Below are positions 51,502-61,023 of a stretch of DNA of 64,000 bases, in pieces. The first letter of the stretch is position 1, and every line of letters starts with the position of its first letter. The notes under the pieces were generated by a model. It was not told the origin of the DNA. It did not search any database and saw only the letters and a list, made by a program, of their open reading frames with translations. The translations under genes and the position numbers were made by a program. This DNA is from a virus (taxonomy: Duplodnaviria; Caudoviricetes): IMG/VR virus record IMGVR_UViG_3300044831_000040, positions 2,680 to 66,679 of that record; one strand, given 5' to 3'.

Positions 51502-53088
51502 ATGCAATCCATCTTGGAAAGCCCCCCTCTCTACCACTCAAGGCTCGGACTCTTCGACTTCCAAGTCGATGGTGTGGCTACGTGCTACCTCCGGGAAGTC
51601 AACCTAGCCATTTGGGACACCGGCCTCGGCAAGACCCACCTTGCCATGGCGACGGCGGCCATGCTCTTCGAGGATGGGTTGATCGACCTGGTGCTTGTGG
51701 TCTGCGAACAGAACAAAGTCGCTGAGTGGTTTGTGGATTTCCAGAAGTTCACTTCCCTGAAGACCCTCAAGTACATGGGCTCGCTCAAGCAACGGGCGAA
51801 GTTTCGCAAAGAGATTGCGAAACACCAGGTGCTCGTCTCCACCTACGAGACCACCAAGAACGACGTGGTATCCAAGGTCAAGGTCTGGGTGCAGAAGAGC
51901 CGTAGGTATGTCGAGCGACTGATCCCCCAGGAACTGACCGAGATCCTGACCGGTAAGCGGGTGCTGATCGTCCACGACGAAGTCACCAAGTTCGGGGACC
52001 GCAAGAGCGACAACCACAAGGCCCACGAGAAGATGATCTCGACTCTTCGTGAAGAGGGCGTGAGGCCGCGTCTGCTCGGGCTCACCGGCACTCCGATCGA
52101 GCGTGGACCGGACAACCTCTACAACATCGGCCGGATCTACACTCCCGATACCATCGGCACCGTCTCGGCCTTTGAAGATACCTGCGTGGCCGACCGCAAC
52201 ATCTTCGGTCAGCCGACGAAGTGGCACAACCTGGAGTACCTCTCCGATCGCATCAAGCCGATCATGCTGCGCAAGCGCAAGACCGATCCGGATGTCGTCC
52301 ATCTCTTCCCGAAGCAGGTGGAGGAGTTTGCCCACATCGATCTCGACCCCCGTCATCAGGAGTTCTACGAGGTGGTGCAGTCCACCTTCGAGGGCGGAGA
52401 CCCCTGGGTGGAGCGGGCGCTGTACGTGGTCTTTCGCCAGATCGCCGGGCATCCCCTGTCCCTGCTGTATTCGGATTCCGAAGTGGCGCGCACGATCGTC
52501 GAGACGGTCGGCAGAGCCGGTCTGGAGGCTCTAGGAGCGGCAAAACTGGAGCGGTTGGTGAGTTACCTCACGGCGTCCGTGCGAGATGCTGGAGCCCAAG
52601 CTGTGGTCTTCACCTTCTTCGGTCAGAGCATCCTGCCGATCATCGAGGCGCGGCTGAGGGATGAAGGGTTCAGCGTCGTGGTCAACCACGGCAAGCTGCC
52701 CCAGGCGAAGAGAGATCACAACAAGGCCATCTTCCGGGCCGGAGGCGCAGAGGTCTTCCTTACCTCCGACGCCGGGGCTAGGGGGATCAACCTGCCGGAA
52801 GGCAGCTACGTCGTTCAGTACGAGCTTCCCTGCACACATGCCAACTACGTCCAGAGGATGAACCGCATCCACCGCATCGACTCCCAGCACCCCACCAACA
52901 CCTGCATGAGCTTCATTGCCGTGAACACCGTCGAAGAGGGTCTCGGCCATCTGGTGGTCAAGCGCAACGCGTGGTCTGATGTGCTCCTGGACGACGACGA
53001 CACCGGAGAGAATTTTTTTTCTGCTGAACAGCGCAAGAGCCTGATCAAGATCAGCCGGAGGAATAGGGAGATGCCCGATGCGGCGTAG
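51502..53088 (+). CDS. SNF2-family helicase
   Basis: WDTGLGKT, IVHDEVTK, LLGLTGTP, LTSDAGARGINL, QRMNRIHR. Confidence 0.9.
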   Translation: MQSILESPPLYHSRLGLFDFQVDGVATCYLREVNLAIWDTGLGKTHLAMATAAMLFEDGLIDLVLVVCEQNKVAEWFVDFQKFTSLKTLKYMGSLKQRAKFRKEIAKHQVLVSTYETTKNDVVSKVKVWVQKSRRYVERLIPQELTEILTGKRVLIVHDEVTKFGDRKSDNHKAHEKMISTLREEGVRPRLLGLTGTPIERGPDNLYNIGRIYTPDTIGTVSAFEDTCVADRNIFGQPTKWHNLEYLSDRIKPIMLRKRKTDPDVVHLFPKQVEEFAHIDLDPRHQEFYEVVQSTFEGGDPWVERALYVVFRQIAGHPLSLLYSDSEVARTIVETVGRAGLEALGAAKLERLVSYLTASVRDAGAQAVVFTFFGQSILPIIEARLRDEGFSVVVNHGKLPQAKRDHNKAIFRAGGAEVFLTSDAGARGINLPEGSYVVQYELPCTHANYVQRMNRIHRIDSQHPTNTCMSFIAVNTVEEGLGHLVVKRNAWSDVLLDDDDTGENFFSAEQRKSLIKISRRNREMPDAA

Positions 53089-53097
53089 AGGGAGGGA

Positions 53098-53490
53098 GTG
53101 CTAGTGAGCTACCGCAACCTGAGCAACATGATCGCCACCTTGATGGAAGAAGGCTTCCACATCTGGGGCTCTGGTGACAGCTTCACCTACGACGTGATCC
53201 CGGCGCTCATGCCGGTACAGCCCGGGGCGAACACCTCTGAGCCCGTCGCCATCATGATCGCCATGCTGCCCGGGGCTGTACTCGGAACTTCCTTCCATAC
53301 CCAGGCCATCCTCTACAACCCGTCTCTCGTCGACCCCAAGGTTGTGACCGACAAGGTCAAGGAGATGTGCGAGGGTCTTCGCGCCCTTCGTACCGAGGTG
53401 CTCCGGCAGGTCCATGCACTGCCCCAGGATCTCAATCCCAACGGCCAGGTCGACCTGCGTTCGCTTCCTCCGCTGCCGCCGGGAAGTTGA
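53098..53490 (+). CDS. hypothetical protein
   Basis: GGGAGGGA RBS; 130 aa. Confidence 0.65.
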   Translation: MLVSYRNLSNMIATLMEEGFHIWGSGDSFTYDVIPALMPVQPGANTSEPVAIMIAMLPGAVLGTSFHTQAILYNPSLVDPKVVTDKVKEMCEGLRALRTEVLRQVHALPQDLNPNGQVDLRSLPPLPPGS

Positions 53491-53812
53491 CGACGAGGCC
53501 GACTTGCAACATCCGAACTCTAAGGTATTCTAGCAACGCCGAAAGGTGGGGGCGACGAAGCCGAGGCGATGGAGGGGATGGAAACATCTTCCTCTGGGGC
53601 CGAGGGAATGAGGGCCTCTTCTACTCCCAGGAGTTCTTGGGGGGGTAGGGGGGGGGACTCCTCTCCTCGGTTCCGGAGGGGTTACTCGCTTCGCTCGTGG
53701 GTCTTTCGCGCGATATGTATTGTTCTATTACTACCTATTACGTACTAAAGAGGTATGAGAAGACGTAGAGGCGCATAGATGGCGCATATCGACATAGAAA
53801 GCGCATAGAGCG
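53491..53812. other. non-coding region, candidate replication origin
   Basis: G-runs 53639-53656, AT-rich tract ~53714-53750, GCGCATA x3 (53771, 53782, 53801). Confidence 0.35.
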
Positions 53813-54262
53813 GTGGTGAACTCGGCGGGCATGTGGACACTCCACACCGATGGGGGCTGTGAGCCCAACCCCGGCAACGGGGGGATCGGCATGGTCATCT
53901 CTGATCCGGATGGTGTGGTGGCCTACGAGGAAGGGCGAGGCATCGGCCGGGCGACCAACAACATCGCTGAGTACAAGGCGCTGATCGAGGGACTGAAGAT
54001 CGCCTACACCTGTGAAGTGCCCCGCCTGAGGGTCTGCTCGGACTCCAAGCTCGTGGTGGAGCAGATGCAGGGCCGGTGGAGAGTGAAGCAGGCCATGATG
54101 AGGCTTCTCCACGCCGAGGCCACACAAATCGCCAAGGGCTTCAAGGCAATCACCTTCGAGTGGATCCCCCGTGAACAGAACGAGCGAGCCGATGCCCTGG
54201 CCGGGTTGGGTGTGGCGTCGGCTCTTGCCGACCTCCTGGCGGTTGGGCACCGAGCTTCCTGA
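53813..54262 (+). CDS. rnhA: ribonuclease HI (start probably ATG ~53831)
   Basis: HTDGG...NPG; TNNIAEYKALIEGL; DSKLVVEQ; WIPREQNERADALA. Confidence 0.92.
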   Translation: MVNSAGMWTLHTDGGCEPNPGNGGIGMVISDPDGVVAYEEGRGIGRATNNIAEYKALIEGLKIAYTCEVPRLRVCSDSKLVVEQMQGRWRVKQAMMRLLHAEATQIAKGFKAITFEWIPREQNERADALAGLGVASALADLLAVGHRAS

Positions 54263-54282
54263 CCCCCTTCTTCACATGATCC

Positions 54283-54312
54283 TTGCCAAGCTTCCTTAGA
54301 GCATGCTAAGGT
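54283..54312 (+). promoter_or_regulatory. promoter with CTTAGAG box
   Basis: TTGCCA-18 nt (CTTAGAG 54295-54301)-TAAGGT. Confidence 0.6.
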
Positions 54313-54625
54313 GGCGGAACGACAAGGGGGGTACATGGGAGAGAAGGTCGTAGCCCGAGGCCGGTTCTGGATCTCCACCTACAACTGCTGGCCCAAGAAG
54401 TTCGACAACGGGATCGTCTGGTTCCGGTTCGAGGTGAAGCTGCGTCAGTGGCATGCCCTCGGCGGTGTGTGGTTCTCTCGGCATTCCCCATGGTTCAAGC
54501 CCCTGAAGCCCCAGAAGGGCCGGTTCAAGAAGGGGTACGGGCCGATCGAACCTCTGCCTCCTCTCGATCTCGGGTCCATTGACCGAGACTTTGCCGAGAG
54601 TATGTGGTGGGGTGACGAAGGCTGA
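54311..54625 (+). CDS. hypothetical protein (start may be ATG ~54335)
   Basis: Aromatic/basic ~100 aa ORF. Confidence 0.55.
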   Translation: MAERQGGYMGEKVVARGRFWISTYNCWPKKFDNGIVWFRFEVKLRQWHALGGVWFSRHSPWFKPLKPQKGRFKKGYGPIEPLPPLDLGSIDRDFAESMWWGDEG

Positions 54626-54879
54626 TGTGCAACGTCAACGTCCGCTTCTACAACCCGCACACCCGTTTCGAGCCGGTCGAGTGTTCACTTCCCGCCCGCC
54701 CGAATCTGGGTGACAAGATCGAGCTTCCTGGTCGTCTGGCGGGTGTGGTGGCAGAGATCATGTGGAAGCTCATCTCACCGCCCGGCCAGGGATGGGTGTG
54801 GCAGGTCGACGTGCGTCTGGATCGCTTGAGTCCCTGGGATGATGTGTTCAAACCCCGGATGAGCACGGAGCGAGGATGA
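54625..54879 (+). CDS. hypothetical protein
   Basis: Translationally coupled. Confidence 0.6.
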   Translation: MCNVNVRFYNPHTRFEPVECSLPARPNLGDKIELPGRLAGVVAEIMWKLISPPGQGWVWQVDVRLDRLSPWDDVFKPRMSTERG

Positions 54880-55415
54880 CCGTACCCGTACTCAGTGGTT
54901 CGGCTTTCCATTTCGATGAGGATGGTGCGGAGCCCACGTCTGAACTCGTTGTCATCCGGTCTCCTGGTTTCGTGTGGCCCGAACTCGGGTCCATCCTGGT
55001 CTTGACGGCAGCCTCGACGACTTCGATTCCCACCCTCAAGAGATCCTCAGGAGGAGTCTGGGCACTCGGGTGGTCGCAGGACGTGCCGCCGGAGGGTGTA
55101 GGCGGTGAAGGTCATGGACGGTTGTGGTGGCAGCATGTGTCTGCTACTGCGATGTCCGTGGAGATCACGATCGGGCTCGATCCCCCTGGTTTCGGCATAG
55201 TGGCGCTCTACGAGGTGGAGAAGCCGACATGGGATGTCAACCCGGCTGGGTCGTCGGTGAGCTACCCGATGCTGACCGAGAAGGATCTCCCCGAGGTGAA
55301 CAGGTCTTTCTCCGGCGATCTTGCTGAAGCAAGCATGGGCTTTGTATCAGAACGCTTCCCTCATGCCTCTGAAGAGGGAGGGGCCGTTGGTGAAGCTCTG
55401 GAGGAGGATCGGTGA
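54876..55415 (+). CDS. hypothetical protein
   Basis: ATGA overlap. Confidence 0.55.
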   Translation: MTVPVLSGSAFHFDEDGAEPTSELVVIRSPGFVWPELGSILVLTAASTTSIPTLKRSSGGVWALGWSQDVPPEGVGGEGHGRLWWQHVSATAMSVEITIGLDPPGFGIVALYEVEKPTWDVNPAGSSVSYPMLTEKDLPEVNRSFSGDLAEASMGFVSERFPHASEEGGAVGEALEEDR

Positions 55416-55918
55416 AGAAGCACGCAACGGGTGATGTGTATGTCTTCTGCCGGGTCGATCGGATCTGGAGGATCGGCCTCGTCAAGCATCCTCTGTGGGG
55501 AAGGTGGGTCACTCCTGGTGGTCATGTAGAAGCTGACGAGAACCCGGCTGAAGCCGCTTTCCGTGAGCTTCTCGAAGAGACGGGTATCCTTCACGCTCGA
55601 CTGGTGCCGCCGCCGGGGCTCGCCTTGCCTCCTGGGTTCCCGTCCGATCGGGTCGTCGTGCCGACCCCTTGGATGATCGTGGAGATGCCCATTCCTGGCG
55701 ACAATGGGTTATCCGACCACCACATCCACGTTGACTTCCAGTACCTGGCCGTGGTGGAGACCTTTGACTTCCTACCTTCGGTCGAGCCACTGTTCGGCTG
55801 GTTCCCGGAAGAGGATCTTTCCGGCCGACTGGATGTTTTCGACGATACGAGAGCAACAGCCACAGCAATGTTTTCTTATCTCAAAGGTAGTCCACAAACG
55901 GAAGAAAGGAGCGGGTGA
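55412..55918 (+). CDS. NUDIX hydrolase
   Basis: GGHVEADENPAEAAFRELLEETG Nudix box. Confidence 0.92.
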   Translation: MKKHATGDVYVFCRVDRIWRIGLVKHPLWGRWVTPGGHVEADENPAEAAFRELLEETGILHARLVPPPGLALPPGFPSDRVVVPTPWMIVEMPIPGDNGLSDHHIHVDFQYLAVVETFDFLPSVEPLFGWFPEEDLSGRLDVFDDTRATATAMFSYLKGSPQTEERSG

Positions 55919-56718
55919 TGCCGTTCAGATGGCGGGATATCTTCGGTCGTGAGAACGACCTGGCGAAAGCAGCGACGACCCGAGCGGTCGAGGATCATGC
56001 GAATCCCCACGACGTGATCGCCGTGACGATTCGTGATCGTCAGGACAAGCATGATGAACTCGAAGCGAGTGTCGCCCAGGTGCTCGCGAACTACAACCAG
56101 TCGAAGGACCGGCTCGAAGCCGACCTGACCCTTCAGGCGAAGCTGGACCGGCTCGGCCGGGCGGCGCATGCAGCGGGTCACGACGACGACGCCCGGCAGC
56201 TTGCCATGCAGCTTCAGCAGGTGAACGAGCGACTCGGCATCGAGCAGACGACCTTCGACAACGCCAAGACCGCAGCCGATCAGGCCAAGGCGGCATTCGA
56301 GCAGAACGGTCGGGATCTCCAGGCGGCGATGGCGAAGGCGAAGAGCCTCGACATGATTGCCGATCAGGCCGCCATGCAGGACAACATCAACCAGGCGATG
56401 AAGGCCGTCCACTCCGCCACGAGCCACGAGACGCCTTCGCTCGATGTCGTGGAGGAACGCATCAGGGGGTCGCTCGCCAAGGCGCAGGCCGGTACCGAGC
56501 TTCAGGCTCTCGACCCGTCCAGTTCGGTGAGCGCATCCTCGGCGCTCGCCACGGGGGAGGCCGACGACATCCTGTCTCAGTGGGATGACCAGGAACCCCA
56601 GAAGGTCGATGCGGTGGTGGACCGACCGGCGCTTCCCAAGGGGTCGCCCAAGGCCAAGCCGCCGAGAACATCGGTCGCAGCCGAACACGACGACATCACC
56701 GACAAGCTGTTCAAGTAG
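55915..56718 (+). CDS. PspA/IM30-family protein
   Basis: ANP...IRDRQD...LEASVAQVLA; AHAAGHDDDARQLA; long coiled coil; LDVVEERI...A.A..EL. Confidence 0.75.
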   Translation: MMPFRWRDIFGRENDLAKAATTRAVEDHANPHDVIAVTIRDRQDKHDELEASVAQVLANYNQSKDRLEADLTLQAKLDRLGRAAHAAGHDDDARQLAMQLQQVNERLGIEQTTFDNAKTAADQAKAAFEQNGRDLQAAMAKAKSLDMIADQAAMQDNINQAMKAVHSATSHETPSLDVVEERIRGSLAKAQAGTELQALDPSSSVSASSALATGEADDILSQWDDQEPQKVDAVVDRPALPKGSPKAKPPRTSVAAEHDDITDKLFK

Positions 56719-56769
56719 GTTCAGGCAGTACCACGGGCAGTATCCAAAGCAGCAGAAAGGGGAACGGCA

Positions 56770-57453
56770 ATGGCAAGTGACGTGCAGACCGAACCGAGCA
56801 AGAACGACCTCCGGGCAGTGGTTCCGGCAGGAGTGGAGAAGGAACCCGCATTCCTGTGGGACACCTCGGGCTCGATGTCGTGGCCCGCGAAGGGCAACAG
56901 CGGTCCCTCCCGCTGGGAAGTGGTCCACGAGGCCATCGGAACCCTCGTCTCGGCGCTGGAGGGCGAAGACTCCCAGGCCGCAGCCGAAGCCGCAGCCGGA
57001 GAGGATGCCGGTGGCGTCATGACCACCGTCTTCTCCGATCGCCACGCCGCCGAATGCATCGATGACATCTCCTCGGAGAACCTCGACGAGAAGTGGGACG
57101 CCATCGACCTGGGCGGCGACACCTTCATCGTGCCGGGCTGGGGAATCGTCGTCTCGACCTTCATGGAGGAGTTCGGAGACCGTCCCGCAGGCGAGCGCCC
57201 GGCACTCCTGGTGGTCGTCATCACCGATGGCGAGGCCCGGGACTACAGGGACTTCGTCCACGCGATGAGCAAGATCGACCAGGGCAACGTCTACGTCGTC
57301 ATGGCGGTCGTTGGAGACGGGCCGGAGCACGACAAGACTCTCCGCGCCTACCAGCAGATCGACGCCGAGGTCAAGAACTTCCGCGTCGTCACCTTCGGCG
57401 GGGAGACCAACCCCACGGTCATCAGCGATGGGCTTCTGTCCCTGATGGCGTAA
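56770..57453 (+). CDS. von Willebrand factor A domain protein
   Basis: MIDAS motif DTSGSM; GGDT; VVITDGE. Confidence 0.88.
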   Translation: MASDVQTEPSKNDLRAVVPAGVEKEPAFLWDTSGSMSWPAKGNSGPSRWEVVHEAIGTLVSALEGEDSQAAAEAAAGEDAGGVMTTVFSDRHAAECIDDISSENLDEKWDAIDLGGDTFIVPGWGIVVSTFMEEFGDRPAGERPALLVVVITDGEARDYRDFVHAMSKIDQGNVYVVMAVVGDGPEHDKTLRAYQQIDAEVKNFRVVTFGGETNPTVISDGLLSLMA

Positions 57454-57535
57454 CCGCAACACGACAAGATCGTCCGCGAGGGGCTCTGGCGATGCAGTCA
57501 GAGCCCCTCTCAGTTGACCAGGTCAGGAGATACAG

Positions 57536-57685
57536 ATGAGCTTCAGGATCATGAGCATCGTCGTGTTGTTCGGCGGCGGCATCACCCTCATCAACGGGCT
57601 CGCCATGGATGTCTTCGAGGTGGTTCTCTTCGTCTGTGCAGTGGTGGCGTTCTGCAAGGGCTGGCGGCCGTGGAAGGGCAAGTGA
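57536..57685 (+). CDS. 49-aa two-TM membrane protein
   Basis: AGGAG RBS; MSFRIMSIVVLFGGGITLINGLAMDVFEVVLFVCAVVAFCKGWRPWKGK. Confidence 0.6.
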   Translation: MSFRIMSIVVLFGGGITLINGLAMDVFEVVLFVCAVVAFCKGWRPWKGK

Positions 57686-57885
57686 ACGTCCCTATCCCCG
57701 TTCCGGTGGGGGTCGTCATCACCGACTCCAAGGGCAACGAGTGGCGTTACGACCGACACATGGCTCAGGTCAGCATCATGGGTCTCATGCTGGCGGAAGA
57801 CTCAGCGATCCGGGCGTTCACGAAGAGCTTCGCGGAAGACCCCGTTGCCGTCCGGTTGTGCTCAGCTTCGCTCGATGGCGGTTAG
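57682..57885 (+). CDS. hypothetical protein
   Basis: GTGA overlap with the previous ORF. Confidence 0.5.
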   Translation: MNVPIPVPVGVVITDSKGNEWRYDRHMAQVSIMGLMLAEDSAIRAFTKSFAEDPVAVRLCSASLDGG

Positions 57886-58304
57886 GGCTCGACTCTCTCC
57901 AGAGTCCAGTTGGTGGACCAAAGGCCGGTCTCGTCTTCGAGGATCTCATTCCAATGCCAGATCACCTTGTACCGGCCGGGCGTCTCCTTCTTGTTGTGGA
58001 AGGGGTCGTGGGGGTCGGAGAGGTTGCGGTGAAGCTCGCATTCGGTGAGGTCGTCGCCGTTCTCTTCCCGGCAGTCGAGCGAGTGTTGGATGGCCCACCC
58101 GTCTTCGGTGATGGTCACGTAGTGGTCGCTACCCCCTTCGAGGAAGTCGGCCAAGTAGTAGAGCGCCTGGACCAGCATTGAGAAGGTGAGGGAGTCGTAA
58201 GGTGCCTGGACGATCACCTTTCCGGGGGTCTCCATGTCGTCGACTCCCTCGAAGGTCAGGCTGGCGGCCAGGTGTTTGAGGGGTCCTGCCAGGTCCGTGA
58301 TCAT
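57882..58304 (-). CDS. hypothetical protein
   Basis: AAGGAGGA RBS before ATG 58304; acidic. Confidence 0.65.
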   Translation of the reverse strand: MITDLAGPLKHLAASLTFEGVDDMETPGKVIVQAPYDSLTFSMLVQALYYLADFLEGGSDHYVTITEDGWAIQHSLDCREENGDDLTECELHRNLSDPHDPFHNKKETPGRYKVIWHWNEILEDETGLWSTNWTLERVEP

Positions 58305-58348
58305 CGATTCCTCCTTGACCTCGTGAGGGTGAGAGCTTACCATGGGGC

Positions 58349-58378
58349 TTGCCAAGGATTCTTAGAGCGTGTTACCCT
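58349..58378 (+). promoter_or_regulatory. promoter with CTTAGAG box (divergent region)
   Basis: TTGCCA-18 nt (CTTAGAG 58361-58367)-TACCCT, with extended TG. Confidence 0.6.
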
Positions 58379-58402
58379 GACACCGAACAGGAGGAGAAAC
58401 GC

Positions 58403-58825
58403 ATGGCACCAGAGAGAAAGTCGAAAGCAGGCTTCCTGCTTCCCGAGATCCACGGACGGTGTACCCAGCCTATAAGGCGCAAGGGGCCGTTGGGCTGGGT
58501 GACCGAGGTGTGCGGGAAGCGCAACGTCAAGGAGCTTCCCGATGGCACCCAGGTCTGTGCTGGCTGCTTCAACAAGGACCATCGCCATGCCGAGGCCCAG
58601 GCCGCTGCCGATGCGAAGCAGGCGACCCTTCAGTCTCAGGTGACCCGTCTCCGGGCTCGCTTCGGAGTCGAGGCTGCCGTTCAGGCCGGGCAGCCCAAGA
58701 ATGGCGTACCCATGCCTACGGGCAAGATCGTCGTCGATCCCACGCAGCTTCTTTCCGTTCTGACCCGGCTGGAGCACGGGTCGGTTCCTCAGCCCCGCCG
58801 GACCCGGGCGAAGGTGAGCGCGTGA
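58403..58825 (+). CDS. Zn-finger hypothetical protein
   Basis: AGGAGG RBS; C...C...CAGC. Confidence 0.65.
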   Translation: MAPERKSKAGFLLPEIHGRCTQPIRRKGPLGWVTEVCGKRNVKELPDGTQVCAGCFNKDHRHAEAQAAADAKQATLQSQVTRLRARFGVEAAVQAGQPKNGVPMPTGKIVVDPTQLLSVLTRLEHGSVPQPRRTRAKVSA

Positions 58826-59151
58826 TGGCGATCACAGAAAAAGAAATCTCTGTGGGTCAGGAGCCGCAGGACCGGCTCTGGTTGGTCACCGTTCATCAGG
58901 AGTCGGATACCTCCTTCTACGTCCGGGCAGCGTCTCAGGAGGTTGCCGATGTACGAGCCCGCCGGGCAATGCCGGACATCAAGAGTCATCCTGAGCAATG
59001 GTTCGGCATCAGCGAGACCATCGAGGATCCGAAGGTCTACCACCTGCCGGTGGCCGAGGATGAGCTTGAGGATCTCGACCCCGGCGACAACGTCTACGAC
59101 GGTGAGAACTGGGCTTCCCTCATGGAGTACCAGACCCGAGGTGACGACTGA
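58825..59151 (+). CDS. hypothetical protein
   Basis: TGATG overlap; acidic. Confidence 0.65.
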   Translation: MAITEKEISVGQEPQDRLWLVTVHQESDTSFYVRAASQEVADVRARRAMPDIKSHPEQWFGISETIEDPKVYHLPVAEDELEDLDPGDNVYDGENWASLMEYQTRGDD

Positions 59152-59792
59152 TGTCCTACAGCGTCTGGCGCATCACAGAGGTCAAGGGCTACATGAGGCC
59201 CCTGCCCATCCGCATGTCAGACGACCTGGCAGGGTGGGAGATCGACCACTACGGCCCGCCACCGTTCGTGTGGGAGCACTGTCCTGGCAACGAGCGCGAG
59301 GTCCGAAAGAACGGGTGGAGGGGAGATGAACCCCCCAAGTTCCTGGACCCCTGGAAGTGCGGCTACTGCGACTGGTCCTTCCGGCAGCCCAGGGAGGGCG
59401 ACCTGCCTCCGTTGCATGACCATCGTGTCGACATCTACCAGCAGACCCAGCGTCGGGTGGAGAAGGTCGCCAAGGTGCTTGGCTTCGGTCAGCATGACGA
59501 TGCCGTCATGCATGCTCGGGCTGTGTGCTACCCGGGCGACCGGCGTACGGGTTCGGTTGATTCCATGCTGGCCGAAGCCCTGCACATCCTGGAGCACGCG
59601 CTCATACGTCGGGCGGCAGTGGCTGAGACCTCGAAGGCGGTCTCGAACCTGCTGAGTTTCGTTCCCGACAACGGCAAGCACCCGTTCTTCACGGAGGCGG
59701 GACTGTACGATCTTATCGGCAAGGAAGACGCCCGGTCGGTGTTGAGTCGGGTCAATGCGGTCGCACGAGCGACGGCGGCAAAGGACGGATGA
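59151..59792 (+). CDS. hypothetical protein
   Basis: WEHC...WKCGYCD. Confidence 0.65.
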   Translation: MSYSVWRITEVKGYMRPLPIRMSDDLAGWEIDHYGPPPFVWEHCPGNEREVRKNGWRGDEPPKFLDPWKCGYCDWSFRQPREGDLPPLHDHRVDIYQQTQRRVEKVAKVLGFGQHDDAVMHARAVCYPGDRRTGSVDSMLAEALHILEHALIRRAAVAETSKAVSNLLSFVPDNGKHPFFTEAGLYDLIGKEDARSVLSRVNAVARATAAKDG

Positions 59793-60286
59793 TGGTCGAG
59801 GAAGAAGAGGGACTCCGCGAGTTCGAGTCGTCACAGCAACTCCCGGAGCTTCGCAGGAAGCGTAAGCGGGTCATTGCTATCGCCGTGCTGGCAACCATAG
59901 GTGCGGCGCTCTTTGGGGTCATCGTTGGCATCCTTGCCCCCACTGTCACCCAGCCACCTTCTTCCGGCACCTACTGGAACGGCGTCTATGACACCAAGAC
60001 CAACGTCTACCTGCACACCCTGCGCAACTGGGTGGACCCCAGCTTCACCTACTATCCCCACCGCACGGAGTTCTTCGATGTGGACTCTGACACGGTGATG
60101 GTCAGGGCCGACACCGTCTGCATCGACTTGCACCGGGGGATGGCGTACGCCGATGTGGAAACCAAGGTCGAAGACGAATTCTCCATGCCTGCATCTCCGG
60201 CGGCATGGTTCATCAAAACTACGGTGGGGACATACTGCAATGAGTTCGCAGCGTTCATCAACATCCCCACCGCAACGGCGTCCTGA
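59789..60286 (+). CDS. single-pass membrane protein
   Basis: RRKRKR followed by a TM segment. Confidence 0.65.
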   Translation: MMVEEEEGLREFESSQQLPELRRKRKRVIAIAVLATIGAALFGVIVGILAPTVTQPPSSGTYWNGVYDTKTNVYLHTLRNWVDPSFTYYPHRTEFFDVDSDTVMVRADTVCIDLHRGMAYADVETKVEDEFSMPASPAAWFIKTTVGTYCNEFAAFINIPTATAS

Positions 60287-60483
60287 TGGCCGACGACGCA
60301 GCGACCAAGGTCGCTAAGAGGGCTATCCGTCAGGGCATGGTGTTGTCGTCTCCGGCGACCAACAAGGCCGTCGAGCTTGTCGTCCGGGCGCTGCGCGCAT
60401 CCGGTATGTTGATTGACTCAGGAGGTGAACGTGCAGAAGCAGAAGACCAGGACTCCGGCGAAGACGGAGGCGACGAAGACTGA
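60286..60483 (+). CDS. hypothetical protein
   Basis: TGATG overlap. Confidence 0.5.
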   Translation: MADDAATKVAKRAIRQGMVLSSPATNKAVELVVRALRASGMLIDSGGERAEAEDQDSGEDGGDED

Positions 60484-60736
60484 GCCCAAGTCGGGGACGG
60501 ATGTCGACCTGGAAGCAATCGACAAGCTGCTGGACGAGGTCGATGCTCTGATCGCAGAGTCTGATGCAGTCAAGGCGGCCGAAGAAAAGAAGCGGTGGCA
60601 GGAGAAGATCCGATCGGTCGGCGTGAACGCTGGGGCCATCCAACGTGAAACTCACGACCATTCGGATCTCTGCGATCCTTGCTGGGCTGGGGCGTTGGCT
60701 GGGCTCATCGGCGGGTACAGTCTCGGGCCTGACTGA
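60431..60736 (+). CDS. Pup-like protein (lacks C-terminal GGE/Q)
   Basis: AGGAGGTGA RBS; low-complexity N-terminus then IDKLLDEVDALIAE, resembling the Pup helix. Confidence 0.5.
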   Translation: MQKQKTRTPAKTEATKTEPKSGTDVDLEAIDKLLDEVDALIAESDAVKAAEEKKRWQEKIRSVGVNAGAIQRETHDHSDLCDPCWAGALAGLIGGYSLGPD

Positions 60737-61023
60737 TGGCCCTCACCTTGGTCGGCACTCACTTCCTGCCGCTCTATATCGACACCGACGACAAGCCCGG
60801 CCGAGCTTTCTGCGCCTGCGGCTGGCACAGCCCGATCTGCCCAGATCAAGTCGAGCGTATGAAGTGGTGGCATCACCACCTCGACGATCCCGAGTGGGAC
60901 CCTGAGGTCTGGGGTCCGATTGACCAATTGTGGTGCATCGCCCATCCTGAGCCCGAGGGCATGGCCTACTGGCTGGCCGTGGCCGAAGAGGCGTACCGAC
61001 AAGCTGCGGAGGAGGTTCTCTGA
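60736..61023 (+). CDS. hypothetical protein
   Basis: CACGWHS...HH motif. Confidence 0.6.
   Translation: MALTLVGTHFLPLYIDTDDKPGRAFCACGWHSPICPDQVERMKWWHHHLDDPEWDPEVWGPIDQLWCIAHPEPEGMAYWLAVAEEAYRQAAEEVL

Noticed and set aside
55876-57462. 528-aa minus-strand ORF
   Set aside because: Antisense shadow of the PspA and vWA genes.
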